A DNA stretch of 64,000 nt, taken from NCBI GenBank assembly GCA_027482685.1, contig JAIXVU010000001.1, positions 64,910 to 128,909 of the forward strand, given 5' to 3'. Below are positions 27,680-36,170 of the stretch, in pieces. Source of the stretch: a bacterium (GTDB lineage: Bacteria; Patescibacteriota; Minisyncoccia; Phycocordibacterales; UBA5272). Position numbers and translations under genes: made by a program. The notes beneath the pieces are model-generated. The model was not told where the DNA came from. It was given only the letters and a program-made list of their open reading frames with translations, and did not search any database. Every line of letters begins with the position of its first letter. The first letter of the stretch is position 1.

Positions 27680-28765
27680 CTAATCCTCATTAATCGAAGG
27701 TTTATCAAGAAGTGGTGGGTCAATACCGACAACATCACCAGTTATCCGCGTAACGTCCTTATCCACTTTTTTAAGTTCTTTGCTTGCATTGTTGTAATGA
27801 TTGGTTGCGGTACTGAGTGTATTACCTAGTTTGTTATGGTACTCCTCATAAGCTTTTAAGTGTTTACCAAGTTCCCCCACTCGTTTTACTATATCTTTTG
27901 CAGATTCTTCAATTTGCATCGCCTTCAAACCCTGTAGAACAGTTTGTAGATAGGCAAGAAATGACGTTGGTGAAACAATTATCACTTTGTATTTTGATGC
28001 TGCGCGCTGTATCAGATTTTCTGTTTCTTCTGTTACAGTTCCGATTTTGTTAATGATTAAATCATAGTAAATTGCTTCATGAGGAATAAACATAAACGCA
28101 AAGTCCATAGTGTTTTGTTCAGGCTGAATATATTTTGCTGTTTCAACGATACGATTCTTTAAATCATTAACAAATATCTTCTCGAACTTTTCCTTTTCTG
28201 CACGGTCAGATGTTTCTGATATTCTATTGTAGTTCTCAAGTGAAAATTTTGAATCAATTGGTATAACTTTATCTTTAACAAAAACAACTGCGTCAACAAT
28301 CGTTCCATCAGGAAATCCATACTGCATCTGATAAGAATTTGACGGCATTACGTTTTTTAATAAAGTCTCTAGGTAGTACTCGCCGAGCACTCCACGTTGC
28401 TTTGGATTCTTGAGAATATCTTGGAGATTTTGTAGTTGTTCTGCCATTGAAAATACCTGCTTACTCCCTTCTTTTACTTCAGTTAGTTCACGAACTATTT
28501 CATTCATGATACGACTTGCCTCTGATGTTTGGCGACTGGATTCTAGCTTTTGGCGATCTAGTACTTCATGCAGGTTGAATGCCGAACGTTCTAGTTTATC
28601 TTCTACCGTCCCACGTAATCTCTCTAGTTGATCTTGGAGAATAAGGAATGTTTGATCATCTTTTTCGTCAACTACTGGTTTCTTAACAATAAGCACAATA
28701 AGTAGTAAGATTATTACGATACCGATAATGACGAGGACAATTTCTACAGGTGACATAATAGGCAA
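27680..28765 (-). CDS. rmuC: DNA recombination protein RmuC
   Basis: An N-terminal TM helix, a long coiled-coil and the RmuC C-terminal nuclease-like domain are present. The size is 361 aa. Confidence 0.7.
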   Translation of the reverse strand: MPIMSPVEIVLVIIGIVIILLLIVLIVKKPVVDEKDDQTFLILQDQLERLRGTVEDKLERSAFNLHEVLDRQKLESSRQTSEASRIMNEIVRELTEVKEGSKQVFSMAEQLQNLQDILKNPKQRGVLGEYYLETLLKNVMPSNSYQMQYGFPDGTIVDAVVFVKDKVIPIDSKFSLENYNRISETSDRAEKEKFEKIFVNDLKNRIVETAKYIQPEQNTMDFAFMFIPHEAIYYDLIINKIGTVTEETENLIQRAASKYKVIIVSPTSFLAYLQTVLQGLKAMQIEESAKDIVKRVGELGKHLKAYEEYHNKLGNTLSTATNHYNNASKELKKVDKDVTRITGDVVGIDPPLLDKPSINED

Positions 28766-28830
28766 AGTATACCATGTACGACATGAGGCAATTACTCACA
28801 TTTATTTTCTAATGCTATACTAGTATAACT

Positions 28831-29277
28831 ATGCAAGAAACAATAAAAGCAGCAATCAAGCCAGCAATGATAGCAAAGGATACCGTTCGCCTCGGTACCC
28901 TTCGCCTCATTTTAGCGGCATTTACTAATGAACTCGTTACTCAAGGTCGCCCACCAACAGATCCACTATCAGATGAGGACTGCATGAAAGTTATCAAAAG
29001 ACTTTCAAAACAACGTAAAGACTCTATCGATCAGTTCGTAGCTGGTGGCCGCCCAGAACTAGCAGAAGATGAAAAAGCAGAACTTGCAATCATTGAAGAG
29101 TTCCTCCCTGCAGCAATGTCAGAAGCAGACATCGAAGCGAAGGTGAAAGCTAAGCTAGCAGAATCTCCACTTGATTCAACTAAGAAAGGTCAGTTCATCG
29201 GTCAGATGATGAAAGAGCTCGGCGATACTGCAGATGGTGCGACAGTGAAAGCTGTTATTGATAGATTAACCGCGTAA
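28831..29277 (+). CDS. GatB/YqeY domain-containing protein
   Basis: MQETIKAAIKPAMIAKDTVRLGTLRLILAA is the canonical YqeY N-terminus. The size is 148 aa. Confidence 0.7.
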   Translation: MQETIKAAIKPAMIAKDTVRLGTLRLILAAFTNELVTQGRPPTDPLSDEDCMKVIKRLSKQRKDSIDQFVAGGRPELAEDEKAELAIIEEFLPAAMSEADIEAKVKAKLAESPLDSTKKGQFIGQMMKELGDTADGATVKAVIDRLTA

Positions 29278-29351
29278 TTTCTTGGTATTGATCCGCCGCA
29301 ATAATTAGATTATAGTAAGAATGGATATCCTAAATTAAACAAGGAGAAATT

Positions 29352-29696
29352 ATGCCACCGAAAGATCCAAGCAAACCACTGACTCCGACTCAACAAGCAA
29401 TTAAGCGACTGAAAGATAAAGTACCAGCTGCAAAAGTCGCTATTGATGAGTATGATGCCAGAAGAGCGCTTGAAGCAAGCCAAGTCGGAGCAGATAAGAT
29501 CAAAGTAAATCAAAGTCCGAAACCCGTGCTTCGCGCGCAACCACATCCTAACGCTAGAGGTAGTTCGATGCGAACTCCGGTTGATGCTATTGAGATTGTC
29601 CCCGATGGCGAAGAGCTAGTACCAGATAAAAAAAATGGCGGCTGGATTATGAAAAAATTCGCCGATGAGAGTTCCAATGATGAAAACGGCGCCTAG
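29352..29696 (+). CDS. Hypothetical protein
   Basis: A strong Shine-Dalgarno AAGGAGA precedes the ATG. The terminator AAAACGGCGCCTAGCGCCGTTTTTTC overlaps the stop codon. Confidence 0.45.
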   Translation: MPPKDPSKPLTPTQQAIKRLKDKVPAAKVAIDEYDARRALEASQVGADKIKVNQSPKPVLRAQPHPNARGSSMRTPVDAIEIVPDGEELVPDKKNGGWIMKKFADESSNDENGA

Positions 29697-29718
29697 CGCC
29701 GTTTTTTCTTTTAGTTAT

Positions 29719-30525
29719 TTACTGGTCACACATTACACGATATGGGAAACGTAGTGGTTGTCTGGTCTGTACGTTTATTGTACCTGACTCAAAGACTAGT
29801 GAACACGGAACATTATTAGGTAGTTGAGCGCCGATAGTTGCTGTGAAGCGTGTCCACCCAGCAATAGTCCAATCAGCAGTTGCAACAGCTTCCCCTATTA
29901 CACCTGAACGGCTTTTGTTATCTATGATAATTAACTTGAACTTCCCACCTTTATCATACATAACATTGCGCGCTTCCCCAGTGAACGTCATGCCTTTTTT
30001 GATGGTAATGCCTTCATAGAGTGAGAGATTACGAACATAAAGACGGCGGACTTCTTCTATTGTTGGTTCGCGTTTCTCTGGTGGTGTAGCAGTTGCTACA
30101 ACTGCTGCGGCTCTTGATGTTGTTCCTTGTACAATAATATAAGGCGAGCCAAAGCCATACGGGTTACTACCACTTGTACCTTGTCGCGCGTTTATGTCGT
30201 AGTATCCCGATGCGATATTAGTACGACCAGTGTCAATGTTATAGTACCCGCTCTCTATATTCGTTGATGTTGCAGTATAGGCTGGCGGTTTTTGTCGAGC
30301 GAGGTTAAGGCTTCCTGGTGCAGGCAACCAGTCAAAATCTAAGATACTGCCTTTTTTAGTCGAGGTAGCAGAAGTGGTGTTGTTTGATTGAAATATTTTT
30401 CCGACAGTGTTACTAAACGATATCTCTGGATAGATAGTAGAGATAAGGAACCAGATGAACGACACAATAGCAAGCGCAACACCGAGACGGAAGAGATACT
30501 TTAGTAATAATTGTATTGTATCCAT
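29719..30525 (-). CDS. Hypothetical membrane-anchored extracytoplasmic protein
   Basis: An N-terminal TM helix (LGVALAIVSFIWFLIS) and a Gly/Tyr-rich region are present. It is tandem with the nuclease gene. Confidence 0.45.
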   Translation of the reverse strand: MDTIQLLLKYLFRLGVALAIVSFIWFLISTIYPEISFSNTVGKIFQSNNTTSATSTKKGSILDFDWLPAPGSLNLARQKPPAYTATSTNIESGYYNIDTGRTNIASGYYDINARQGTSGSNPYGFGSPYIIVQGTTSRAAAVVATATPPEKREPTIEEVRRLYVRNLSLYEGITIKKGMTFTGEARNVMYDKGGKFKLIIIDNKSRSGVIGEAVATADWTIAGWTRFTATIGAQLPNNVPCSLVFESGTINVQTRQPLRFPYRVMCDQ

Positions 30526-30543
30526 GTTACGAGATAGTGTACC

Positions 30544-31104
30544 TTATCTTTGAGCAATACAGGCATCATCATTCCACAGTCCGCGCGTAGATGCTTGTGC
30601 GATGTTCTGTAAACTTTTGAACTCTTGTTGATACTTGTGAGGTTTGAGATATGTATATTCATACGCGTATCCATCAGCTATCATTTTGCGGTTAGCCATC
30701 TGTCCATCTTGTAGATACACATATGCAAGGATATTATTATAGGTATCTCGAGGTTCTTGGCTTAGATCGTACTCAAGGTGTACATCTTTGCCATCTACAA
30801 TATCCGCTAAGCGCTCTGTGGCGACTTTGGTAAAACAGTCTGGTGTGTTAATACCAAGTAACCTTATACGTTCATTTACTCCGTCTATTCCTACCGTGAT
30901 AGTGTCAGCATCAATGACACTACTTACTCTGTATAGAAGTGTTTGTGTAGAATCTTGCTCCTTCGAACCGTCCTTTGATACAACATACGTATCAGAAAGA
31001 AATGTCCATCCATAGAACTGATACGCAAACGCGACAGCGAGAATCACAACTCCCGCCATTGCAAGCTTAGTAACTGTAGGATTATCGGTGCCATGAGCAG
31101 ACAT
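30544..31104 (-). CDS. Thermonuclease (staphylococcal-nuclease SNase-like), membrane-anchored
   Basis: The SNase fold motifs IRLLGINTPDC...AYVYL...MIADGYAY are present after an N-terminal TM anchor. Confidence 0.7.
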   Translation of the reverse strand: MSAHGTDNPTVTKLAMAGVVILAVAFAYQFYGWTFLSDTYVVSKDGSKEQDSTQTLLYRVSSVIDADTITVGIDGVNERIRLLGINTPDCFTKVATERLADIVDGKDVHLEYDLSQEPRDTYNNILAYVYLQDGQMANRKMIADGYAYEYTYLKPHKYQQEFKSLQNIAQASTRGLWNDDACIAQR

Positions 31105-31116
31105 GATATCAAAAGT

Positions 31117-31740
31117 TTAACACACGTTAGGGGTGAGGACTTTACCTGCAAGGCTGTATGTTGCTATACACAGGAAGATGAGGCCGATATAGCCTATTTC
31201 TAGCCCTTGGTACGGCAAGACGTTTAACATAGTAGAAAAGCCCAAGAAGCCTAGCATGACACTAAGAAGGGCAGTTCCGCACGCTGCACAGCCTATTCCA
31301 AAGAATGCTGCAACAAGCCCTAGTCCGCTATAGAGACCGCTACGCACGATAACTTCTCCGCGGATCTTTACATACGTATATGCAAGTGAGAGATTAATGC
31401 CACCGATTAGTGAACCAAGGAACGCTAGCAAGAATGCTCCAAGGGTAAATGTATTAGATATATCAAAAAGCGTAGTTATAAAAAGTGATAGCTTCGTATG
31501 AAGAGCGAGTGTGGTAAAACCAAAGACCGCATGTGCATCTTTGCCATTTTGTGTGATAAGAAGCAAGAGGAAAAAGATAACCGTAGAGATAAGAAGTACA
31601 AGAAGGCTATCCTTTCTTTGCAAAACAACCTGAAGGGCATTACTTAATCGCTTCATACTAATAAAGGGTAGTGTAACAGAATGTGTGCAAGTGTGCTCGG
31701 GGAAATCTGTAGTACAGAAAATGACGTCATATGACGTCAT
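31117..31740 (-). CDS. Hypothetical polytopic membrane protein; the annotated start lies inside the palindrome, and the true start is probably the internal MKRLSN...
   Basis: Five hydrophobic helices are present. A membrane-embedded CAAC pair hints at a thiol-disulfide function, but this is weak. Confidence 0.4.
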   Translation of the reverse strand: MTSYDVIFCTTDFPEHTCTHSVTLPFISMKRLSNALQVVLQRKDSLLVLLISTVIFFLLLLITQNGKDAHAVFGFTTLALHTKLSLFITTLFDISNTFTLGAFLLAFLGSLIGGINLSLAYTYVKIRGEVIVRSGLYSGLGLVAAFFGIGCAACGTALLSVMLGFLGFSTMLNVLPYQGLEIGYIGLIFLCIATYSLAGKVLTPNVC

Positions 31741-31762
31741 TTTCTGTACTACAGATTTCCCC
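31699..31762. repeat. 64-bp perfect palindrome (32-bp arms, no spacer) whose centre is two tandem self-complementary ATGACGTCAT units
   Basis: GGGGAAATCTGTAGTACAGAAAATGACGTCAT|ATGACGTCATTTTCTGTACTACAGATTTCCCC was verified base by base. Confidence 0.85.
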
Positions 31763-31764
31763 TC

Positions 31765-32055
31765 TTACCGTATCTCCCCTCCTACACGTTTCTTGGTTAA
31801 GTAGTCTTCTAACTCTATTATTTCATTTTCTACTGCATCCATCCATTCTTTTTCTGTACCATGAGCTGCGTGTAGCTTCGCCTTGAAGTTAATATAGAGA
31901 GGATAGATAAGGCCTGGGTCATCTCGCAGGATTTTATAAAAATCAAACTGTTCCTCTTCTGTAAGCATCATAAGTCCAGTTGTAAAAGCCCTCATTTCTT
32001 CAAATGATAGCTCTGACTCTTCTATAATTGCTTGGAGGTCTTTTCGTAGTGCCAT
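31765..32055 (-). CDS. Hypothetical acidic protein (96 aa)
   Basis: The ORF has good coding appearance, and its stop abuts the palindrome. Confidence 0.45.
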   Translation of the reverse strand: MALRKDLQAIIEESELSFEEMRAFTTGLMMLTEEEQFDFYKILRDDPGLIYPLYINFKAKLHAAHGTEKEWMDAVENEIIELEDYLTKKRVGGEIR

Positions 32056-32165
32056 GTAAAGTTAAGTATACAACCCTGTATAGCCTTTATAATCAAAGGT
32101 TATTCACAGCCTTACTCTCGCATATGTAGAAATGTATGTCAAGGAATAGGAATATCGTGTATTTA

Positions 32166-32453
32166 TTAGTGGATAGTTACTTTTACCTCTGCACGCATTG
32201 CAGCTATATCTAGTAGCCCGCAAGCATCTGCAATATCGTTAGGTAATTTTGCTTCTTCACGTGCTACTACAGCATTTCTTAACCAAGCAACGGAGTGCTC
32301 AGGTAGTTTTGTATTTTCAACATTACTAAGACCTCCTTCTGTATGAATTTCTTTTGGTACAGATATGTTGTGTGGCTGAGATTCCATAGAGATATAATAG
32401 TGATGTTTTAAAACAAAGTGAGTAATGGATACGAGTATACCCCCACAACTCAC
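32166..32453 (-). CDS. Hypothetical protein (start probably the internal MESQPH...)
   Basis: ORF only; the overlapping alternative ORF 32326..32631 was judged less likely. Confidence 0.3.
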   Translation of the reverse strand: MSCGGILVSITHFVLKHHYYISMESQPHNISVPKEIHTEGGLSNVENTKLPEHSVAWLRNAVVAREEAKLPNDIADACGLLDIAAMRAEVKVTIH

Positions 32454-32648
32454 TATCGCGCAAGTAAAATTTTTGTGGTAGAATTGTGGACAAGTTATTA
32501 AGGTAGTTTCTAGTTAAAAGTTTCAAGTTTTTAGTGAAAATACATACGCTATTTAGATAGCTTATAGTATCCACTTCTTTAATTCTTGAAAAGAATTCTC
32601 CGTATTTGTACCAACTAGAAACTAACAACAAATAACTAGCAACTAATT

Positions 32649-32720
32649 TTGGGTATCGTCTAACGGTAGGACATCAGCTAGCGGAGTTTACGGAGCGATA
32701 AAATAATGCGGTCCTGAGTA
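32649..32720 (+). pseudogene. Degenerate tRNA-Gln-like copy: the 5' half (acceptor/D-arm/anticodon-stem) plus a 32-nt insertion at the anticodon loop, with no T-arm or 3' acceptor
   Basis: TTGGGTATCGTCTAACGGTAGGACATCAG matches 27 of 29 positions of the real tRNA-Gln downstream. GGTCCTGAGTA resumes after the insertion. Confidence 0.45.
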
Positions 32721-32820
32721 CGAAGGACAATAAAGATTTGAAACGTACTTGTATGAATTAAAGTATTTTTGTAATTATGTATTTCACTCATAACTAATTA
32801 CTAAAAACTACTAACTATCT

Positions 32821-32862
32821 TTGGGTATCGTCTAATGGTAGGACATCAGCAAAGCGTAACAA
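32821..32862 (+). pseudogene. Second degenerate tRNA-Gln-like 5'-half copy with a 34-nt insertion at the same position
   Basis: TTGGGTATCGTCTAATGGTAGGACATCAG, then an insertion, then GGTACTGAGCAGG. The insertion is related to the one in copy 1 (both end in ..AATAA(T/A)GC). Confidence 0.45.
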
Positions 32863-32937
32863 CGTGAAGCGGTGGAATAAAGCGGTACTGAGCAGGACCA
32901 GAACAAATCTAAACTGCTCACAGAAGTTAAAAAATAT

Positions 32938-33008
32938 TGGGGTATCGTCTAATGGTAGGACATCAGGTTTTGGTCCTGAGTATCGAGGTTCGAGTCCTTG
33001 TACCCCAG
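32938..33008 (+). tRNA. tRNA-Gln (anticodon TTG)
   Basis: A manual cloverleaf gives acceptor TGGGGTA/TACCCCA, D-arm GTCT..GGAC, anticodon stem TCAGG/CCTGA with loop TTTTGGT, T-arm CGAGG-TTCGAGT-CCTTG and discriminator G. CC follows but is not counted. Confidence 0.8.
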
Positions 33009-33029
33009 CCAACTCGTGCGGAGTTCTGA

Positions 33030-33048
33030 CGCTCGGAGAGCGTCGAAA
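33030..33048 (+). repeat. Left copy of the exact 19-bp direct repeat CGCTCGGAGAGCGTCGAAA (contains the hairpin GACGCTC-GGA-GAGCGTC); putative island boundary
   Basis: It is identical to 48283..48301 and lies 22 nt 3' of tRNA-Gln. Confidence 0.6.
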
Positions 33049-33213
33049 CGTATGAGAGCTCTATACAGTTAATGCATAGCTACTGAGTGTAGCCAGCCAA
33101 ATCTAAAAAGTACCCCAAAAGGGTACTTTTTAGATTTTCCCATTATTACACTTCTTGCACTAAACTAATGACATTAGAGTTAAATTCAATGTTAAAACCT
33201 TCTGCGAGTTTGC

Positions 33214-33600
33214 ATGCAAAATTATGATAGAATAAATAATATGTCAGTAAAAAAAATACCTACAAAAAAGAAAAAAGTGGTAAATGTCTTATTTATTGTT
33301 TCAAAAAGTGGAAGTAATCCTCCACGAATAGACTTTTATGATAAAGGTAAATCTGTTCCAAAAGACAAAATTAAAGTAGTATTCAGAAACTCAAATACTG
33401 GACGTTTTGTTACTGAAAAGTATTCTCACACTCCCCCTATAGATAAAGACCACCCGAGAACTCATCATGTAAATAGAGACTCAAGATCTGGTGCGTTTAT
33501 AACAACAAAATCAGAATCAAGACATCCTTCAACCACCATTACTGAACGCATCTCAAAGGACTCTCCTATACATTTTAGAAAAGATAGCTCTAAAAAATAA
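33214..33600 (+). CDS. Hypothetical basic protein (128 aa), translationally coupled to the RusA-like gene
   Basis: The ORF's stop overlaps the ATG of the next gene (TAATGG). Confidence 0.4.
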   Translation: MQNYDRINNMSVKKIPTKKKKVVNVLFIVSKSGSNPPRIDFYDKGKSVPKDKIKVVFRNSNTGRFVTEKYSHTPPIDKDHPRTHHVNRDSRSGAFITTKSESRHPSTTITERISKDSPIHFRKDSSKK

Positions 33601-34088
33601 TGGAAAATTCATATCAATTTATTATTGATGGTATCATTCCTGCTACACAGCAGGCTTTTAAGAAAGTCACTGGGTTTGACCACTATGTTCGCAAGAATGA
33701 ATCAGCAGCAGTGGCTACATTCAAAAGTGTGGTCACTGAGCAAATTACAAGGGAAAGACCTCCTGCGACTTTCCCAACAACTAACTCTGTTTATGTTGCA
33801 ATTATTCAATTTTTTACATCCAACAGAGATAACTATCAAACTCGTGATGTAGACAACATGGCTAAAACCGTTTTAGATGCATTACAACAGAGTAATCTTT
33901 ACACAAACGATAGCCAAGTAAGAACACTTCTTGTAAGTAAGAGAGTGGACCTTGTGAGAGTTCCTCAAGATTTAGGGTACGTATATATAAAAGTATTAGA
34001 AGACGGAGAAGACATTGATGTTATTGATGACGCACTTGAACAAGCTCTTCAACTTTATGACAGTCTTAAGGCTGGAGAGGTAGAATAA
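33600..34088 (+). CDS. RusA-family Holliday-junction resolvase-like endodeoxyribonuclease
   Basis: RDVDNMAKTVLDAL matches the RusA catalytic D-x-D-N-x-x-K-x-x-x-D-A-L signature. The gene sits in a phage-like context. Confidence 0.6.
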   Translation: MENSYQFIIDGIIPATQQAFKKVTGFDHYVRKNESAAVATFKSVVTEQITRERPPATFPTTNSVYVAIIQFFTSNRDNYQTRDVDNMAKTVLDALQQSNLYTNDSQVRTLLVSKRVDLVRVPQDLGYVYIKVLEDGEDIDVIDDALEQALQLYDSLKAGEVE

Positions 34089-34558
34089 AAAATAATCACC
34101 CTCCTTCCTAGGGTGATTATTTTGTTATTGTCTAACGAGTACTAATTACTTAGTGTCGCCGTGACCTGTTTTCGGGATGCGTTCTACCGTAGTTGTATTC
34201 GGTCTTCGCTGTGCTTCTTTAACTGGAATAAAATGTCCAGTCTTAGAATCTCTCCCGAGAGGAAATGTCTTAGCCATATAGGTTATTAACATATTCGGTT
34301 GATAAATGGTCACTTAATATGTTAGGCTGGGATTACAACATCTTAACTTTACATGCTTAAGCACTGTGAATAAACGACCGGATTTCTGGAAGGAATCCTA
34401 ATCACATAACCTAAGGAACATTGTTTTAGAACAAATGTTCCTATATCTCTACCGTATCAAACTATTTTAATATTGTATAGTGTTATTTTAAACAATTAGA
34501 CAACTTTTTTTATAACTGTCTATATTAATCAAATTGTTGTAGTATTAGGTCATTTAAA

Positions 34559-35758
34559 ATGACAGATTTTACAATAAAAATTAAACGAGGTGGCATAAAA
34601 ATCGACAAACGAGTCTTTCTTTCTCTGTTAGACCTTTCCCCTATAAAAGACTACACAGATTATATTAAAGCTGTAGAGTCAAATGAGATTACTGTAAGTG
34701 ATTTAAAAATACTTGCTCAACGAGCAGATGTTCCATACCCATTATTTTTTGCACCAAAAGAAAAAGTTGACGCTCAACTTAAAGATACCCGAAAAAATCT
34801 ATTTGAAAAACTACCAACCAAGTCTGAAATGCAACTTGCTCTTCGCGGAGAAGCTAGTGTCGCTGATATAGAAATAATAGTGAAAGACATAGGAAGAAAA
34901 CAGGAGTTCTTAAAAAGAAGAGTACTCCCAGCAAGTGGTGACAACCCTTATATAGGATCAATTTCTAAGTTAATTAAGAAAGGTTTACCAAAAAAAGAAA
35001 TAGCTGAGCAAGTTAGATCTTATTTTGGAATCAATCTAGTAGAAATGCGGAAATTATCTAAAGATGATGTTCTTAGTTACATATGTAAAAAAGCTGAAGA
35101 AAAAGAAATCTTCATATCCATGAGTTCTTACAACTACATGCCTCAAAATCTGGATTCAAACCTTGGATTAAGTGGATTGTGTGTTAAAGATAAAAAAGTT
35201 CCTTACATTTTTGTAAACACTAGAGATGGCGATGATAAACCAAAGATATTAGAAACTTCAGGTAGACAAATACTTACAGTCATATCCATGCTTGTGTGCA
35301 TAGGAATAAATAAATTTCTATTAAGCACAAAAACAGGTAAATCCTCAAATACTGACTATAAAAGAATATACTCTATTGCTTCAGAAATTCTAATTCCTAC
35401 CAGCGAACTTAATGTAATAAAAATAAATAGTCTTTCTGATCTAACTAGTTGGGCACGTGTACTTAAAGTAACTCCAAGTATGCTTTTAATCTGTCTTGTA
35501 AATGCAGGTAAAATATCGAGAAAATTAGCTAACTCTTATCTTGAAAACCTGAGAGACGCTATAAAAGAAGTCCAACCAAAACGTAGGCAAGCTTTACCAA
35601 TTAATGGGTACAAAAAATACAACGGTGAAAGATTTTCAAAAGAAATAATTAGTGCATATAAAAATAACAAGATAACCGAAGGAGAAACAAAAAATCTATT
35701 ATTTAGAAAAGGAAAAATGGATAATAATTTATTCCAAGAGTATCTCTCAAAATACTAA
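34559..35758 (+). CDS. Hypothetical 399-aa protein, the upstream partner of the PIN gene. It has a possible HTH-like segment (LTSWARVLKVTPSML) and no recognised family
   Basis: The ORF is separated from the PIN gene by only 2 nt. Confidence 0.5.
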   Translation: MTDFTIKIKRGGIKIDKRVFLSLLDLSPIKDYTDYIKAVESNEITVSDLKILAQRADVPYPLFFAPKEKVDAQLKDTRKNLFEKLPTKSEMQLALRGEASVADIEIIVKDIGRKQEFLKRRVLPASGDNPYIGSISKLIKKGLPKKEIAEQVRSYFGINLVEMRKLSKDDVLSYICKKAEEKEIFISMSSYNYMPQNLDSNLGLSGLCVKDKKVPYIFVNTRDGDDKPKILETSGRQILTVISMLVCIGINKFLLSTKTGKSSNTDYKRIYSIASEILIPTSELNVIKINSLSDLTSWARVLKVTPSMLLICLVNAGKISRKLANSYLENLRDAIKEVQPKRRQALPINGYKKYNGERFSKEIISAYKNNKITEGETKNLLFRKGKMDNNLFQEYLSKY

Positions 35759-35760
35759 TT

Positions 35761-36159
35761 ATGAAATACTTATTAGACACAAACTCTCTATCAAAAAATA
35801 TCATTAACAAAGCCTCAAAAAGAAGTGATGTGTTTATCATTCGAGATGTTTTAGATGAGTACGTTTATTCACCAGAAGAAGAAACAAAATTTAAAAGTAC
35901 AGGTATTGATGTGATAGATCTTGAACAAAAACATTTTGAAAAATTAATAGAGGTCATGAAAAAACATGGTGATAATTTTTCTTTAATAAGGCTCTACACA
36001 GGAAAAGGCACAGCTGATGTTTTAATGTTGGCTTATATACTGGCTGAAACTGAAGTACAAGACACTCTTTTCCCTGAAGAATATACAATAGTCACCCAAG
36101 ACGGAGAACTTATCTCTGTATCAAAAGAATACGGAATAAATTGTATAAATCAATTTTAA
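35761..36159 (+). CDS. PIN-domain protein (VapC-like putative ribonuclease)
   Basis: The N-terminus MKYLLDTNSL carries the PIN first acidic residue, further D/E positions (DVLDEY, TQDGE) follow, and the size is 132 aa. Confidence 0.6.
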   Translation: MKYLLDTNSLSKNIINKASKRSDVFIIRDVLDEYVYSPEEETKFKSTGIDVIDLEQKHFEKLIEVMKKHGDNFSLIRLYTGKGTADVLMLAYILAETEVQDTLFPEEYTIVTQDGELISVSKEYGINCINQF

Positions 36160-36170
36160 TAACCTTAATT

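Noticed and set aside
32649-32862. The two tRNA-Gln-like copies as functional intron-containing tRNA genes
   Set aside because: Both lack a T-arm and a 3' acceptor strand complementary to the 5' acceptor. The 32-34-nt inserts do not resemble group I introns or bulge-helix-bulge contexts.
32815-33055. ORFs 32815..33012(-) and 32864..33055(+)
   Set aside because: They overlap the tRNA-Gln gene and its degenerate copies. The signal is explained by the tRNA structure, not by coding.
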